NCBI GenBank assembly: GCA_963922575.1
Contig: CAWUII010000001.1
Coordinates: 10,913 to 74,912, forward strand
Reading direction: 5' to 3'
DNA: 64,000 bases
Source: an uncultured Opitutia bacterium
GTDB taxonomy: Bacteria; Verrucomicrobiota; Verrucomicrobiia; Opitutales; Coraliomargaritaceae
Below are positions 49,480-58,772 of this stretch, in pieces. The notes under the pieces are model-generated. The model searched no databases and was not told the DNA's origin. It was given only the letters and a program-made list of their open reading frames with translations. Within the stretch, counting starts at the first letter, position 1. Every line of letters begins with the position of its first letter. The position numbers were made by a program, and so were the translations under genes.

Positions 49480-50121
49480 ATGAACATTTCTTTACTCGGA
49501 AAAAAAATAGGCATGACGCAGGTATTTGACGATATGAATCGTCTTATTCCAGTCACTGTTGTAGAAGCAGGTCCGTGTCCGGTTACGCAAATCAAGTCTG
49601 CCGAAAAAGATGGCTACAATGCCATACAGATTGGTTATCGTGAACAGAAAGAGCAACGGATGTCCAAAGGTGAGCTGGGCCATTTGAAAAAAGCCGCCGC
49701 CGGGCCAGTTTCAGAGTTAAGTGAGTTTCGTACAAATGGTGAAAATGAAGTAAACGTGGGCGATGTGCTCACGGTTGAGCATTTTAAGGAAGGCCAGAAG
49801 ATTGATGTTATTGGTTCTTCTAAAGGTAAGGGCTTCCAAGGTGTTGTTAAGCGTTATGGATTCGCAGGTGGGCCGGCATCGCACGGTTCCATGTTCCATC
49901 GTCGCGGCGGATCCTATGGTTTCTGTCAATGGCCTGGCCATGTTATCAAGGGCAAGAAAATGCCAGGTCGTATGGGTGGTGATCATCGCACGGTGCAAAA
50001 CCTCGAGATTGTTAAGGTCATTGCTGAGAAGAATCTAATACTGATTAAAGGCAGCATACCCGGCTCACGAGGTGGTCTGGTGACCGTTCGCACTGCAATT
50101 AAAACCAAATCTGCTAAATAA
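49480..50121 (+). CDS. rplC: 50S ribosomal protein L3
   Basis: LLGKKIGMTQVF and GKGFQGVVKRYGFAGG motifs. Confidence 0.97.
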   Translation: MNISLLGKKIGMTQVFDDMNRLIPVTVVEAGPCPVTQIKSAEKDGYNAIQIGYREQKEQRMSKGELGHLKKAAAGPVSELSEFRTNGENEVNVGDVLTVEHFKEGQKIDVIGSSKGKGFQGVVKRYGFAGGPASHGSMFHRRGGSYGFCQWPGHVIKGKKMPGRMGGDHRTVQNLEIVKVIAEKNLILIKGSIPGSRGGLVTVRTAIKTKSAK

Positions 50122-50147
50122 ATTTAAGGAGTAAAAGGAATACTAAA

Positions 50148-50780
50148 ATGAAACTTAAAGTATATTCAGTCGACGGAAAAGAAAGTGATGAAAAAGACTT
50201 TTCCGCGTTTCCTATCTTTGAAGACGACAAAGGAGTTGCGGCTCTTCGTCAGGTCGTAATTGCGCAGCAGGCAAATCAACGTCAGGGCAATGCCAGTACC
50301 AAGACACGTGCTGAAGTAAGTGGCTCTGGGAAAAAGCTTTTCCGTCAGAAAGGTTCTGGTAGAGCGCGTCAAGGATCACGTCGCGTACCGCATCAAAGAC
50401 ACGGTGGCGTTGCACATGGACCTAAACCACGCGACTATTCTCAGAAAATTAACGACAAGATGAAAACGCTGGCATTCCGCCGCGCGCTTTTTGAGCGTGC
50501 CTCTGAAGGCGGGCTTTCTGTCATCGAAGCATTTGAAGTTAAAGAGTCTAAGACCAAACTGTTTTATCAAATAATAACATCGGTGCTTCCCAATTACAGA
50601 AAAGTTTTAATTATTGACGACTTTTTTGAGGAAAAAACTACACTTGCGGCGCGTAACATTGAGGGACTTTCCTTCGCAACAGCCAGTGATTTGAATGTTT
50701 TGGACATTGTCCAATACCAGCAAATTATCGCCAGTTCAAAAGGTATCGAAACTGTAATCGCCCGTGCAAATAGAAGTTAA
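50148..50780 (+). CDS. rplD: 50S ribosomal protein L4
   Basis: GSGKKLFRQKGSGRARQGS...GGVAHGPKPRDY. Confidence 0.95.
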   Translation: MKLKVYSVDGKESDEKDFSAFPIFEDDKGVAALRQVVIAQQANQRQGNASTKTRAEVSGSGKKLFRQKGSGRARQGSRRVPHQRHGGVAHGPKPRDYSQKINDKMKTLAFRRALFERASEGGLSVIEAFEVKESKTKLFYQIITSVLPNYRKVLIIDDFFEEKTTLAARNIEGLSFATASDLNVLDIVQYQQIIASSKGIETVIARANRS

Positions 50781-50783
50781 GTT

Positions 50784-51074
50784 ATGATCATCGCCAACAA
50801 TATTTTACGTGAATTTCGGGTGACTGAAAAGGCAGCAAATATGGCTGCAACCCTGAATCAGTACACATTTCAGATTGATCCGCGTGCAAACCGTACGGAA
50901 GTTGCACGGGCAGTTGAAGCAGTATTCAACGTTACTGTAACCAATGTAAATATCATTGTAAGAAAGCCCAAGGCTAAGACCGATCGTGCTCGCCGTGGAC
51001 GTCCCGGAACAAAGGGCGGGCACAAAAAAGCCATCGTTAGTCTTAAAGAGGGTGATAAGATCGAACTCGTTTAA
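50784..51074 (+). CDS. rplW: 50S ribosomal protein L23
   Basis: VTEKA...YTFQIDPRANRTEVARAVEAVFNV; conserved position. Confidence 0.93.
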   Translation: MIIANNILREFRVTEKAANMAATLNQYTFQIDPRANRTEVARAVEAVFNVTVTNVNIIVRKPKAKTDRARRGRPGTKGGHKKAIVSLKEGDKIELV

Positions 51075-51095
51075 AATTTTAAATTTCCACGTCAC

Positions 51096-51941
51096 ATGCC
51101 ACTTGTAAAATCCAGACCATTAACTCCAGGGCAGCGGTTCCTCACACGCAATAAAGCAGAGGTTTCCGACAAAAAGCCTGAACGTCAACTGACGACTTAC
51201 AAGCACCATAAAAAGGGTCGCAACTGTTACGGTCGCATTACGTCGCGTCGTCGGGGCGGCGGACACAAGCGCGCTTACCGCATTATCGATTTTCGCAGGG
51301 ACAAGATAGATATCCCTGCAAAAGTACAGGCCATAGAATACGATCCGAATCGTTCTGCAAACATTGCACTGCTGGCGTATGCAGACGGTGAAAAACGTTA
51401 CATCTTGGCACCTCGCGGTGTTAAAGAAGGTGACACACTTTTAAATGTAAATGAGCGCGTCGAATTCTCAGCAGGCTACAGCATGCCGCTCTCCGTCATT
51501 CCGCCGGCTACCAAAATCCATGCAATTGAACTGCATCCCGGACGTGGTGCACAGATCGCTCGTTCTGCCGGTCAGTCCGCACAATTGGTTTCAGTCGACG
51601 GCGAACGTGCAACGGTCAAACTTCCTTCCGGTGAAATTCGTTACCTGAATTCCCGTTGTCGTGCAACCATTGGTGAAGTGGGCAATCATGAACATCAGGG
51701 CCAGAGTCTTGGCAAAGCAGGGCGCAATCGCTGGCTTGGCCGCAGACCTCGTGTTCGAGGTGTTGCGATGAATCCGGTTGATCACCCAATGGGCGGTGGC
51801 GAAGGCCGCACGTCCGGTGGTGGACATCCTCAATCACCCTGGGGTCAATTATCCAAGGGATTTCCTACTCGGAAGAAAAAGAATCCAACTAATTCACAAA
51901 TTTTGGTGCGCCGCAATGGTCGCCAGTTCAAACGAAAATAG
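51096..51941 (+). CDS. rplB: 50S ribosomal protein L2
   Basis: [19 protein letters not shown]...[19 protein letters not shown]. Confidence 0.97.
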   Translation: MPLVKSRPLTPGQRFLTRNKAEVSDKKPERQLTTYKHHKKGRNCYGRITSRRRGGGHKRAYRIIDFRRDKIDIPAKVQAIEYDPNRSANIALLAYADGEKRYILAPRGVKEGDTLLNVNERVEFSAGYSMPLSVIPPATKIHAIELHPGRGAQIARSAGQSAQLVSVDGERATVKLPSGEIRYLNSRCRATIGEVGNHEHQGQSLGKAGRNRWLGRRPRVRGVAMNPVDHPMGGGEGRTSGGGHPQSPWGQLSKGFPTRKKKNPTNSQILVRRNGRQFKRK

Positions 51942-51958
51942 ATAGCTAACACTTCGAT

Positions 51959-52225
51959 ATGTCTCGTTCTCTAAAAAAAGGTTTTTTTGTTGATCCGCAT
52001 CTTGCTAAAAAAGTAAATGTGGCTCAATCAAGTGATGATCGTAAACCAATCCAGACTTGGTCTCGGCGTTCAACGATTACTCCTGATTTTGTCGGCTTGA
52101 ATTTCACCGTACACAACGGTCGTAGTTTCCTGCCGGTTTATGTAACTGAAAACATGGTGGGACATAAACTGGGTGAATTTTCACCGACCCGTACATTCAA
52201 AGGCCACGATGCCAAGAAAAAATAA
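51959..52225 (+). CDS. rpsS: 30S ribosomal protein S19
   Basis: [12 protein letters not shown]...[23 protein letters not shown]. Confidence 0.97.
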   Translation: MSRSLKKGFFVDPHLAKKVNVAQSSDDRKPIQTWSRRSTITPDFVGLNFTVHNGRSFLPVYVTENMVGHKLGEFSPTRTFKGHDAKKK

Positions 52226-52252
52226 AAAGTAACTTTTATACTTTAGTTTTCA

Positions 52253-52621
52253 ATGATTTCACGCGCACATTATTTATGTAAATTTGCTTTCTGTTTCCTG
52301 ATTGGGATTCAGTTTGTAGGTTGTTATGCATGCGCAGGCGTACCTGATTTCATTAACAGCTCAATCTACAGTTCCAACCAGGCTAAAGTATCCAGTGTCG
52401 ACCCCAACTTAGCTGCCGACTTAGTGATGCTTGATGGCGGACTTGAGCAGGGCCTGCGTCTGGGCATGGTATGTTCTGTAGAACGTGGTAACAAAACTAT
52501 TGGAGGGCTCATTATTATCGAATCCAAAAGCAACTGTTCAGCAGCGCTTATCCTCAATCTTAACGACTCAACTATCCAGCCCGGCGATATTGTCCGGATC
52601 AAAACATTTCAAAATAGCTGA
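52253..52621 (+). CDS. lipoprotein-like hypothetical protein inserted between rpsS and rplV
   Basis: The 122-aa ORF fills an otherwise unexplained ~400-nt gap, starting 27 nt after the rpsS stop and ending 5 nt before the rplV ATG. It has a signal-like N-terminus with a Cys (LIGIQFVGCYAC) and a beta-rich C-terminus ending QPGDIVRIK. Confidence 0.6.
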   Translation: MISRAHYLCKFAFCFLIGIQFVGCYACAGVPDFINSSIYSSNQAKVSSVDPNLAADLVMLDGGLEQGLRLGMVCSVERGNKTIGGLIIIESKSNCSAALILNLNDSTIQPGDIVRIKTFQNS

Positions 52622-52626
52622 CTCTC

Positions 52627-52956
52627 ATGCAGATACAATCTTACACAAAATACGCTCGTATGTCTCCCCGCAAGGTGCGCGAAATTACTAATGCTATTCA
52701 GGGACACAAAGCTGCTGAAGCAGTGGAAATCTTACGTTACATTCCGCGCAAATCTGCTCGTCTTGTAAGCAAGACGCTTGAGTCAGCAATCGCCAACGCA
52801 GAGAATAACAACAATCTTTCTTCCGACACGCTCACGATTGAATCAGCAATCGTTGAGCAAGGGCCAAAACTCAAGCGTTTTCGCCCGGCTTCGCGTGGCT
52901 CTGCTCACCCTTATTGTAAATCGACAAGCCACATACGCATCGTTTTAACGGACTAA
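52627..52956 (+). CDS. rplV: 50S ribosomal protein L22
   Basis: ARMSPRKVREITNAIQG...AIANAENN...GPKLKRFRPASRGSA. Confidence 0.96.
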   Translation: MQIQSYTKYARMSPRKVREITNAIQGHKAAEAVEILRYIPRKSARLVSKTLESAIANAENNNNLSSDTLTIESAIVEQGPKLKRFRPASRGSAHPYCKSTSHIRIVLTD

Positions 52957-52978
52957 TTTATAAGCAAACTCTTTTATT

Positions 52979-53611
52979 ATGGGACAAAAAGTTCATCCAA
53001 ATGGTTTTCGACTGGCAGTAACCCGCGACTGGGACTCTCGCTGGTATGCTTCCAAGAAAGACTTTCCTCTTTTCGTCAAAGAAGATTACACGATCCGTGA
53101 GTTCCTTTCCGAAAAGTTGCGTTATGCTTCTGTACCACGTATCTTCATCGAACGTGCTTCCGGTCGTATTCGTGTTAAAGTCTTTACTGCTCGTCCGGGT
53201 GTGGTCATCGGCCGCAAAGGTACAGAGCTGGAAAAACTGAAAGAAAGTTTGAACAAGATCGTCGATAAAGACATCATGCTCGATATTCAGGAGGTAAAGC
53301 GTCCTGAGCTGTCCGCACAGCTGGTTGCCGAAAGTGTCGCCTTACAACTGGAGCGTCGTATTGCGTTTCGCCGGGCAATGAAGCGCGCGGTTCAGACAAC
53401 AATGTCAATGGGTGCCGATGGTATTCGTGTTCAGTGCAGTGGTCGTCTGGGAGGTGCTGATATTGCACGTACGGAACAACAGCGTTTGGGCAAGGTGCCA
53501 TTGCAAACACTTCGCGCGAAAATCAGCTACGGTTTTAGCGAAGCCAGCACAGTTTATGGAATCATCGGAGTAAAATGCTGGATATGTCTTCCTGACGAAG
53601 ATGAAGTTTAA
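52979..53611 (+). CDS. rpsC: 30S ribosomal protein S3
   Basis: MGQKVHPNGFRL...VIGRKG KH-domain motif. Confidence 0.97.
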   Translation: MGQKVHPNGFRLAVTRDWDSRWYASKKDFPLFVKEDYTIREFLSEKLRYASVPRIFIERASGRIRVKVFTARPGVVIGRKGTELEKLKESLNKIVDKDIMLDIQEVKRPELSAQLVAESVALQLERRIAFRRAMKRAVQTTMSMGADGIRVQCSGRLGGADIARTEQQRLGKVPLQTLRAKISYGFSEASTVYGIIGVKCWICLPDEDEV

Positions 53612-53661
53612 TTCAGCAAGTTAAACCCAGCAGATCAATCTCAATTAAATCCTAACCAATC

Positions 53662-54081
53662 ATGCAACATTTACCATCGCGTACGAAATACCGCAAAGTA
53701 CACAAAGGCCGTGTTCGCGGTAAAGCTCAGTCCGGAAACGAAGTTTCTTTTGGGGAGTTCGGCATCCAGTCGCTTAGTCGTGGTCGTATGACCTCACAGC
53801 AGATTGAAGCTGCTCGTGTTGCCATGACTCGTAGTCTGAAGCGTAAGGGGAAAGTCTGGATCCGCGTGTTTCCACACAAACCAGTGACCAAAAAACCTGC
53901 TGAAACCCGGATGGGTAAGGGCAAAGGTTCCGTGGAAAAATGGGTTGCACCGATACGTCCCGGTACAATGCTCTTCGAGGTTGCGGGTTGTTCACAGTCT
54001 GCTGCTCAGGAGGCGCTTCGCCTAGCGGATACAAAATTACCCTTCTACTGCCGGTTTGTAGTACGCGATGATACAGCCTAA
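53662..54081 (+). CDS. rplP: 50S ribosomal protein L16
   Basis: [13 protein letters not shown]...[19 protein letters not shown]. Confidence 0.97.
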   Translation: MQHLPSRTKYRKVHKGRVRGKAQSGNEVSFGEFGIQSLSRGRMTSQQIEAARVAMTRSLKRKGKVWIRVFPHKPVTKKPAETRMGKGKGSVEKWVAPIRPGTMLFEVAGCSQSAAQEALRLADTKLPFYCRFVVRDDTA

Positions 54082-54106
54082 GTTTCTACACAATTAATTA
54101 TTTTAT

Positions 54107-54313
54107 ATGAGCACTACAAAAGACATACGGGAGTTGTCCGAGTCCGAAATTGAAAAGAAACTTCGCGACGTACGCGATTCTCACTTGGACCTTCGCTTGC
54201 GCAAACAGACTGGCCAAGTGGAACATCCGCACGAATTCAAGCAGCTGCGCCACGAGATCGCTCGCCTGGAAACTATCCTCAGAGAGAAGAAACTCTCTGC
54301 TGCCGTTGTTTGA
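54107..54313 (+). CDS. rpmC: 50S ribosomal protein L29
   Basis: 68 aa; LRELSESEIEKKL...LRLRKQTGQVEHPHEFKQLRHEIARL. Confidence 0.93.
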   Translation: MSTTKDIRELSESEIEKKLRDVRDSHLDLRLRKQTGQVEHPHEFKQLRHEIARLETILREKKLSAAVV

Positions 54314-54339
54314 ACTGAAACCACTTTATTTTCGTTATT

Positions 54340-54696
54340 ATGGAAGCAACACGCAATTCACGTAAGACTTTGATTGGAACAGTCACCAGCAGCTCTGGCG
54401 ATAAGACAGTTAAAGTAACTTACCTATACAAAATCCCACACCCACTTTATCGTAAGGAAATCAAGCGTAAAACGGTCGTTCACGTCCATGACGAGGAAAA
54501 CGATTGTGGACTTGGTGATAGAGTAGAGATCATGGAAACACGTCCGATTAGCAAGCTCAAGCATTGGCGTATCACAAAGGTTCTCGACAGAGCGCCCAAA
54601 TTTGATGATGAAATTTTCGAGGAAACAAACTCAGATTCTTCCGAAGAACTTGTTACAACAAAAGATGAAACAGTTGTTTCTGAATCAACAGAATAA
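54340..54696 (+). CDS. rpsQ: 30S ribosomal protein S17 with acidic C-terminal extension
   Basis: LIGTVTSSSGDKTVKV...VHDEENDCGLGDRVEIMETRPISKLKHW core, plus a ~30-aa D/E/S/T tail. Confidence 0.93.
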   Translation: MEATRNSRKTLIGTVTSSSGDKTVKVTYLYKIPHPLYRKEIKRKTVVHVHDEENDCGLGDRVEIMETRPISKLKHWRITKVLDRAPKFDDEIFEETNSDSSEELVTTKDETVVSESTE

Positions 54697-54728
54697 CCCG
54701 TTTTTAATCTGAAAAGGAGACTTTAATC

Positions 54729-55091
54729 ATGATACAGATGAACAGTCGCGTATTTATCGCGGATAATACAGGTGCCAAAGAGGCGGAAATGATTCGTCGC
54801 CTTGGACAAAACAAGCGCACGGCCGATGTCGGTGATGTAATCGTCTGCAATGTCAAAGTGGCATCTACCGATTCATCCGTGAAAAAAGGTGAAGTCGTTC
54901 GCGCAGTTGTTGTTCGCACCAAGGCACCGATACATCGTGCAGATGGAAGTTATTTACGGTTCGACAATAATGCCGTGGTTATACTGAATCCAGATGGCAA
55001 CCCAAAAGGAACTCGTATTTTTGGGCCAGTAGCCCGCGAGCTTCGTGCAGAGTACATGAAGATCATTTCATTAGCTCCGGAGGTTTTATAA
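54729..55091 (+). CDS. rplN: 50S ribosomal protein L14
   Basis: [18 protein letters not shown]...[11 protein letters not shown]. Confidence 0.97.
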   Translation: MIQMNSRVFIADNTGAKEAEMIRRLGQNKRTADVGDVIVCNVKVASTDSSVKKGEVVRAVVVRTKAPIHRADGSYLRFDNNAVVILNPDGNPKGTRIFGPVARELRAEYMKIISLAPEVL

Positions 55092-55092
55092 T

Positions 55093-55341
55093 ATGGCAAA
55101 ATCAATCAAAAGAGAACAGGAAGTTGTCGTTATTGCTGGTTCCCATAAGGGTAAGCGCGGCAAGGTACTTTCAGTAAAAACCGGTGAACGTATAGTCGTT
55201 GAAGGTGTGAATCTTGTTACAAAATATATTCCTAAGTCACAGGAAAATCCTGAAGGTGGCAAAACGGAACGCGAAGTATCGATTCACTACTCAAACGTAA
55301 TGCTTGCAGAGAAATTTGATGCTAAAAATAAAGAAAACTAG
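55093..55341 (+). CDS. rplX: 50S ribosomal protein L24
   Basis: KOW motif VVVIAGSHKGKRGKVLSV; conserved position. Confidence 0.93.
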   Translation: MAKSIKREQEVVVIAGSHKGKRGKVLSVKTGERIVVEGVNLVTKYIPKSQENPEGGKTEREVSIHYSNVMLAEKFDAKNKEN

Positions 55342-55439
55342 ACTTGCCAGACTATAGAACTCATTCATTTTAACGAATCTTTTAACCAATACAGAATTGT
55401 TATCAATCAGGTCGGTTTAGAAATCCGGCCCCAAAGACG

Positions 55440-56027
55440 ATGCAAACACCCATATTAAAAACACACTACACCGAGAAAGTTGTACCTGAACTGATGAAAA
55501 AGTTTAGCGTTGGCAACGTTCACCAGGTGCCAGCAATCAAGAAAATCGTAATCAATTCTGGTTTTAGCGCAACTGCGGACAAAAACCATGTGGCTTACGT
55601 TAACGAGGAAATTGCTAAAATTGCTGGCCAGCGTCCGGTTACAACAAAAGCTAAATTAAGCATCTCAAATTTCAAATTGCGTGAAGGCCAACCTGTTGGT
55701 TGCAAAGTGACGCTACGTGGCAAAGTCATGTACGAATTTCTCAATCGCCTTATAAATGTAGCGCTTCCCTGTATTCGTGACTTTCGCGGAACGCCTGCCA
55801 AACTAGATGGTAAGGGGAACTATACTTTAGGTATAGATGATCACTCTATCTTCCCCGAGGTTAACGCAGATGGTACTTCTGCAACTATGGGAATGGATAT
55901 TTGCATCAATACCAGCGCTAATAACGATGTGGAGGGTCAAGAGCTGCTTGCGCTCTTCGGCATGCCCTTCCGCAAACAGACAGCAGAAGTTGCTGATCAG
56001 GAAGAAACCACCGAACCTACAAACTAG
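55440..56027 (+). CDS. rplE: 50S ribosomal protein L5
   Basis: KKIVINSG...ISNFKLREGQPVGCKVTLRG..MYEFL.RL...LP.IRDFRG. Confidence 0.96.
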   Translation: MQTPILKTHYTEKVVPELMKKFSVGNVHQVPAIKKIVINSGFSATADKNHVAYVNEEIAKIAGQRPVTTKAKLSISNFKLREGQPVGCKVTLRGKVMYEFLNRLINVALPCIRDFRGTPAKLDGKGNYTLGIDDHSIFPEVNADGTSATMGMDICINTSANNDVEGQELLALFGMPFRKQTAEVADQEETTEPTN

Positions 56028-56036
56028 TTTTATTAT

Positions 56037-56342
56037 ATGGCAAAAAAATCATCAATCCAACGCAATCTTAAGCGTTTGCGACTCATTGAAAAATATGCTG
56101 CAAAGCGCGCTGAACTCAAGGCAATCATAGCAAATCCTGAGACGTCCGACGAAGACTTTTACAAGTCTCAGGCCAAGCTCACTAAGTTGCCTAAAAATAG
56201 TTCACCAATACGCGCTCGCAACCGCTGCTCCGTCACTGGCCGTCCGCGGGCCTATATCGGTAGATTCGGACTTTCTCGCATCACATTTCGTGAACTTGCT
56301 TCACAGGGAAAAATCCCTGGTGTGATCAAAGCATCCTGGTAA
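56037..56342 (+). CDS. rpsN: 30S ribosomal protein S14 (long, non-zinc form)
   Basis: [41 protein letters not shown]. Confidence 0.96.
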   Translation: MAKKSSIQRNLKRLRLIEKYAAKRAELKAIIANPETSDEDFYKSQAKLTKLPKNSSPIRARNRCSVTGRPRAYIGRFGLSRITFRELASQGKIPGVIKASW

Positions 56343-56383
56343 TTTATTAAAGTTACGCTCACTGAAAACCCATTAGCAAAACT

Positions 56384-56782
56384 ATGGCAGTTCACGATAC
56401 AATCGGCGATTTTCTCACTATCATTCGCAACTCAAGCTCAGCTCGTAAAGATGTCTGTGTAGCACAGCATTCCAAAATGCGTTCTGCGATATCAGCAATT
56501 CTCAAGAAAGAAGGCTATATCAAAGATTTTGCTGAGGGCGAAGATGATCGTGGTTTTAAAACACTGGAAATAACTTTGAAGTTTGTTGGAGACACACCTG
56601 CCATAACTGGTCTTGAGCGTCACAGCAAACCAGGTCGTCGCCTCTATTATGGAGTCAATGAAATTCCACGCGTTCTGGGCGGTCTTGGTGTCGCCATACT
56701 AACAACTTCCAAAGGTGTCATTAGAGCTCGCGAGGCGCGTAATCTAGCGGTTGGTGGTGAGCTAATCTGTAAAGTTTGGTAA
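56384..56782 (+). CDS. rpsH: 30S ribosomal protein S8
   Basis: DTIGDFLTIIRN...GLGVAILTTSKGVI..REAR...VGGELICKVW. Confidence 0.96.
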   Translation: MAVHDTIGDFLTIIRNSSSARKDVCVAQHSKMRSAISAILKKEGYIKDFAEGEDDRGFKTLEITLKFVGDTPAITGLERHSKPGRRLYYGVNEIPRVLGGLGVAILTTSKGVIRAREARNLAVGGELICKVW

Positions 56783-56798
56783 TAAATAGGTCATTATA

Positions 56799-57335
56799 AT
56801 GAGTAGAATCGGTAAAATTCCTGTATCTATCCTCGATAAAGCAACTGTAGCCGTCGATGGCCAGACTGTTCGTGTCGAAGGTCCAAAGGGTAAACTTGAA
56901 AAAACGTTTGATAGTGCCACTACTATTGAAGTGGTGGACAAAGAGGTTCACGTAAAGCCTGTTGGGGACAGTCGTCATGCCAAGGCGATGTATGGGACGG
57001 TTCGTTCTATAATCAACAATATGGTGGAGGGCGTTGTCGAAGGTTATAAAAAAGAACTTGTTCTCAAAGGCGTTGGTTTTCGAGCAGCACTTTCAGGTAA
57101 TGTCCTCGACCTTGCGCTTGGCTATTCGCATCCCTGTCTGTTGACGATTCCTGAAGGAATTACAATTACAGTTGCCGAAAATACCAAACTGACTGTCGAA
57201 GGCGTTGACAAACATCTCGTTGGTCAGACAGCGGCGACAATTTTTAACTACTATCCTGCCGAGCCCTACAAAGGCAAGGGTGTCCATATCGTCGGCAAAT
57301 TTGTTCGTCGTAAGGAGGGCAAGAAGTCTGCTTAA
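56799..57335 (+). CDS. rplF: 50S ribosomal protein L6
   Basis: MSRIGKIPVSI...YKKELVLKGVGFRA...EPYKGKGV. Confidence 0.96.
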   Translation: MSRIGKIPVSILDKATVAVDGQTVRVEGPKGKLEKTFDSATTIEVVDKEVHVKPVGDSRHAKAMYGTVRSIINNMVEGVVEGYKKELVLKGVGFRAALSGNVLDLALGYSHPCLLTIPEGITITVAENTKLTVEGVDKHLVGQTAATIFNYYPAEPYKGKGVHIVGKFVRRKEGKKSA

Positions 57336-57356
57336 TTTACAAACACACCACTTTCT

Positions 57357-57710
57357 ATGAAACTCGAAAAGAAAAGAGCACTCTTACAACGCCGTCGCTG
57401 GCGTATACGCAAAAAAGTCAAAGGTACTGCAGAACGACCACGCCTATCATTGCGTTTTTCTAACAAGCATATTTACGCGCAGTGTATTGATGACACAAAG
57501 GGGCATACCTTGGTCTTTATCTCTTCGCTTACGAAGGATTCAAAACTGAAAGCAAATTCAGAAAGTGCTCAAGAATTGGGTAAATTACTTGCCGAAAAAG
57601 CAAGTTCCGCCGGCATTGAGTCGGTAGTTTTCGATCGTTCAGGACGTCGTTACCACGGATGTGTAAAATCATTTGCAGATGCAGTTCGAGAAGGTGGACT
57701 TAAATTTTAA
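57357..57710 (+). CDS. rplR: 50S ribosomal protein L18
   Basis: [20 protein letters not shown]...[28 protein letters not shown]. Confidence 0.96.
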   Translation: MKLEKKRALLQRRRWRIRKKVKGTAERPRLSLRFSNKHIYAQCIDDTKGHTLVFISSLTKDSKLKANSESAQELGKLLAEKASSAGIESVVFDRSGRRYHGCVKSFADAVREGGLKF

Positions 57711-57717
57711 TTGATAT

Positions 57718-58248
57718 ATGAGAAAGCAAAATAGTTCATTTTCTAAATCAGAAAAAACTGATGAAGTTCCGGAATACACCGAAAAAGTAGTCCACATCAA
57801 CCGCTGCGCCAAAGTAGTTAAGGGCGGTCGGCGCTTTAGTTTCTCCGCGCTCGTTGTAGCGGGTAATCAGAAAGGTGAGGTCGGTGTGGGTTATGGTAAG
57901 GCAAAAGAAGTTCCCGAAGCGATTCGTAAAGGTACTGAGCAGGCAAAGAAAAATCTCGTTACAATCAAACTGCGTGGCGACACAATACCGCATCATGTTG
58001 TTGGTGAAGCTGACGGCGGCAAGGTTATCTTGCGTCCTGCTTCCGACGGTACTGGAGTTATTGCCGGTGGCGGATGTCGCGCGGTACTGGAATCTGTGGG
58101 CCTGAAAAATGTCCTGTCAAAATCACTGGGTTCGAACAACCACCTTGCAATGGTAAATGCCACAATGGCGGCATTGAAACAACTTCGCTCCAATGATGAA
58201 ATTAAACAAATTCGCTTTGGCAAACCAACGGTAGCCGCCGAATCCTAA
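57718..58248 (+). CDS. rpsE: 30S ribosomal protein S5
   Basis: [46 protein letters not shown]. Confidence 0.96.
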   Translation: MRKQNSSFSKSEKTDEVPEYTEKVVHINRCAKVVKGGRRFSFSALVVAGNQKGEVGVGYGKAKEVPEAIRKGTEQAKKNLVTIKLRGDTIPHHVVGEADGGKVILRPASDGTGVIAGGGCRAVLESVGLKNVLSKSLGSNNHLAMVNATMAALKQLRSNDEIKQIRFGKPTVAAES

Positions 58249-58260
58249 AGGAGTAATCAA

Positions 58261-58734
58261 ATGAATCTCGAAAACATTCCAACAATTGAAGGCGCAACTC
58301 ATCCAACCAAACGCTTGGGTCGTGGTGAGGGAAGTGGTCATGGCAAAACCTGTGGAAAAGGTCATAAGGGCCAAAAATGTCGTTCCGGCGGTGGTATACC
58401 CATCGGTTTCGAAGGTGGCCAGATGCCGCTTTATCGAAAACTTCCACGGCGCGGTTTTAATAATTACAACTTTCGTACAAGCTACCAGCTGGTTAATATA
58501 GGGCAGCTGGAAAAGCTTGAGGGTGATACTGTCTCCCGCGAAACTCTGATTAATGCAGGATTGATTCGTGACAATGACGAGGGTGTCAAACTATTGGGTG
58601 ATGGCGAAGTATCCAAAGCATTCACGGTGACTCTTAACAAAATTTCCAAATCCGCAAAAAGCAAAATTGAAGCAGCCGGTGGCAATGTTATTGAAATGAC
58701 TGCTTCTGCTGATAAAGAAGCACCCGAAGCTTAA
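58261..58734 (+). CDS. rplO: 50S ribosomal protein L15
   Basis: RLGRGEGSGHGKTCGKGHKGQKCRSGG...FEGGQMPLYRKLP.RGF. Confidence 0.95.
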   Translation: MNLENIPTIEGATHPTKRLGRGEGSGHGKTCGKGHKGQKCRSGGGIPIGFEGGQMPLYRKLPRRGFNNYNFRTSYQLVNIGQLEKLEGDTVSRETLINAGLIRDNDEGVKLLGDGEVSKAFTVTLNKISKSAKSKIEAAGGNVIEMTASADKEAPEA

Positions 58735-58772
58735 ATGGTATTTCCCATTTTTGTAAAAGCTGAACCAAGCCC

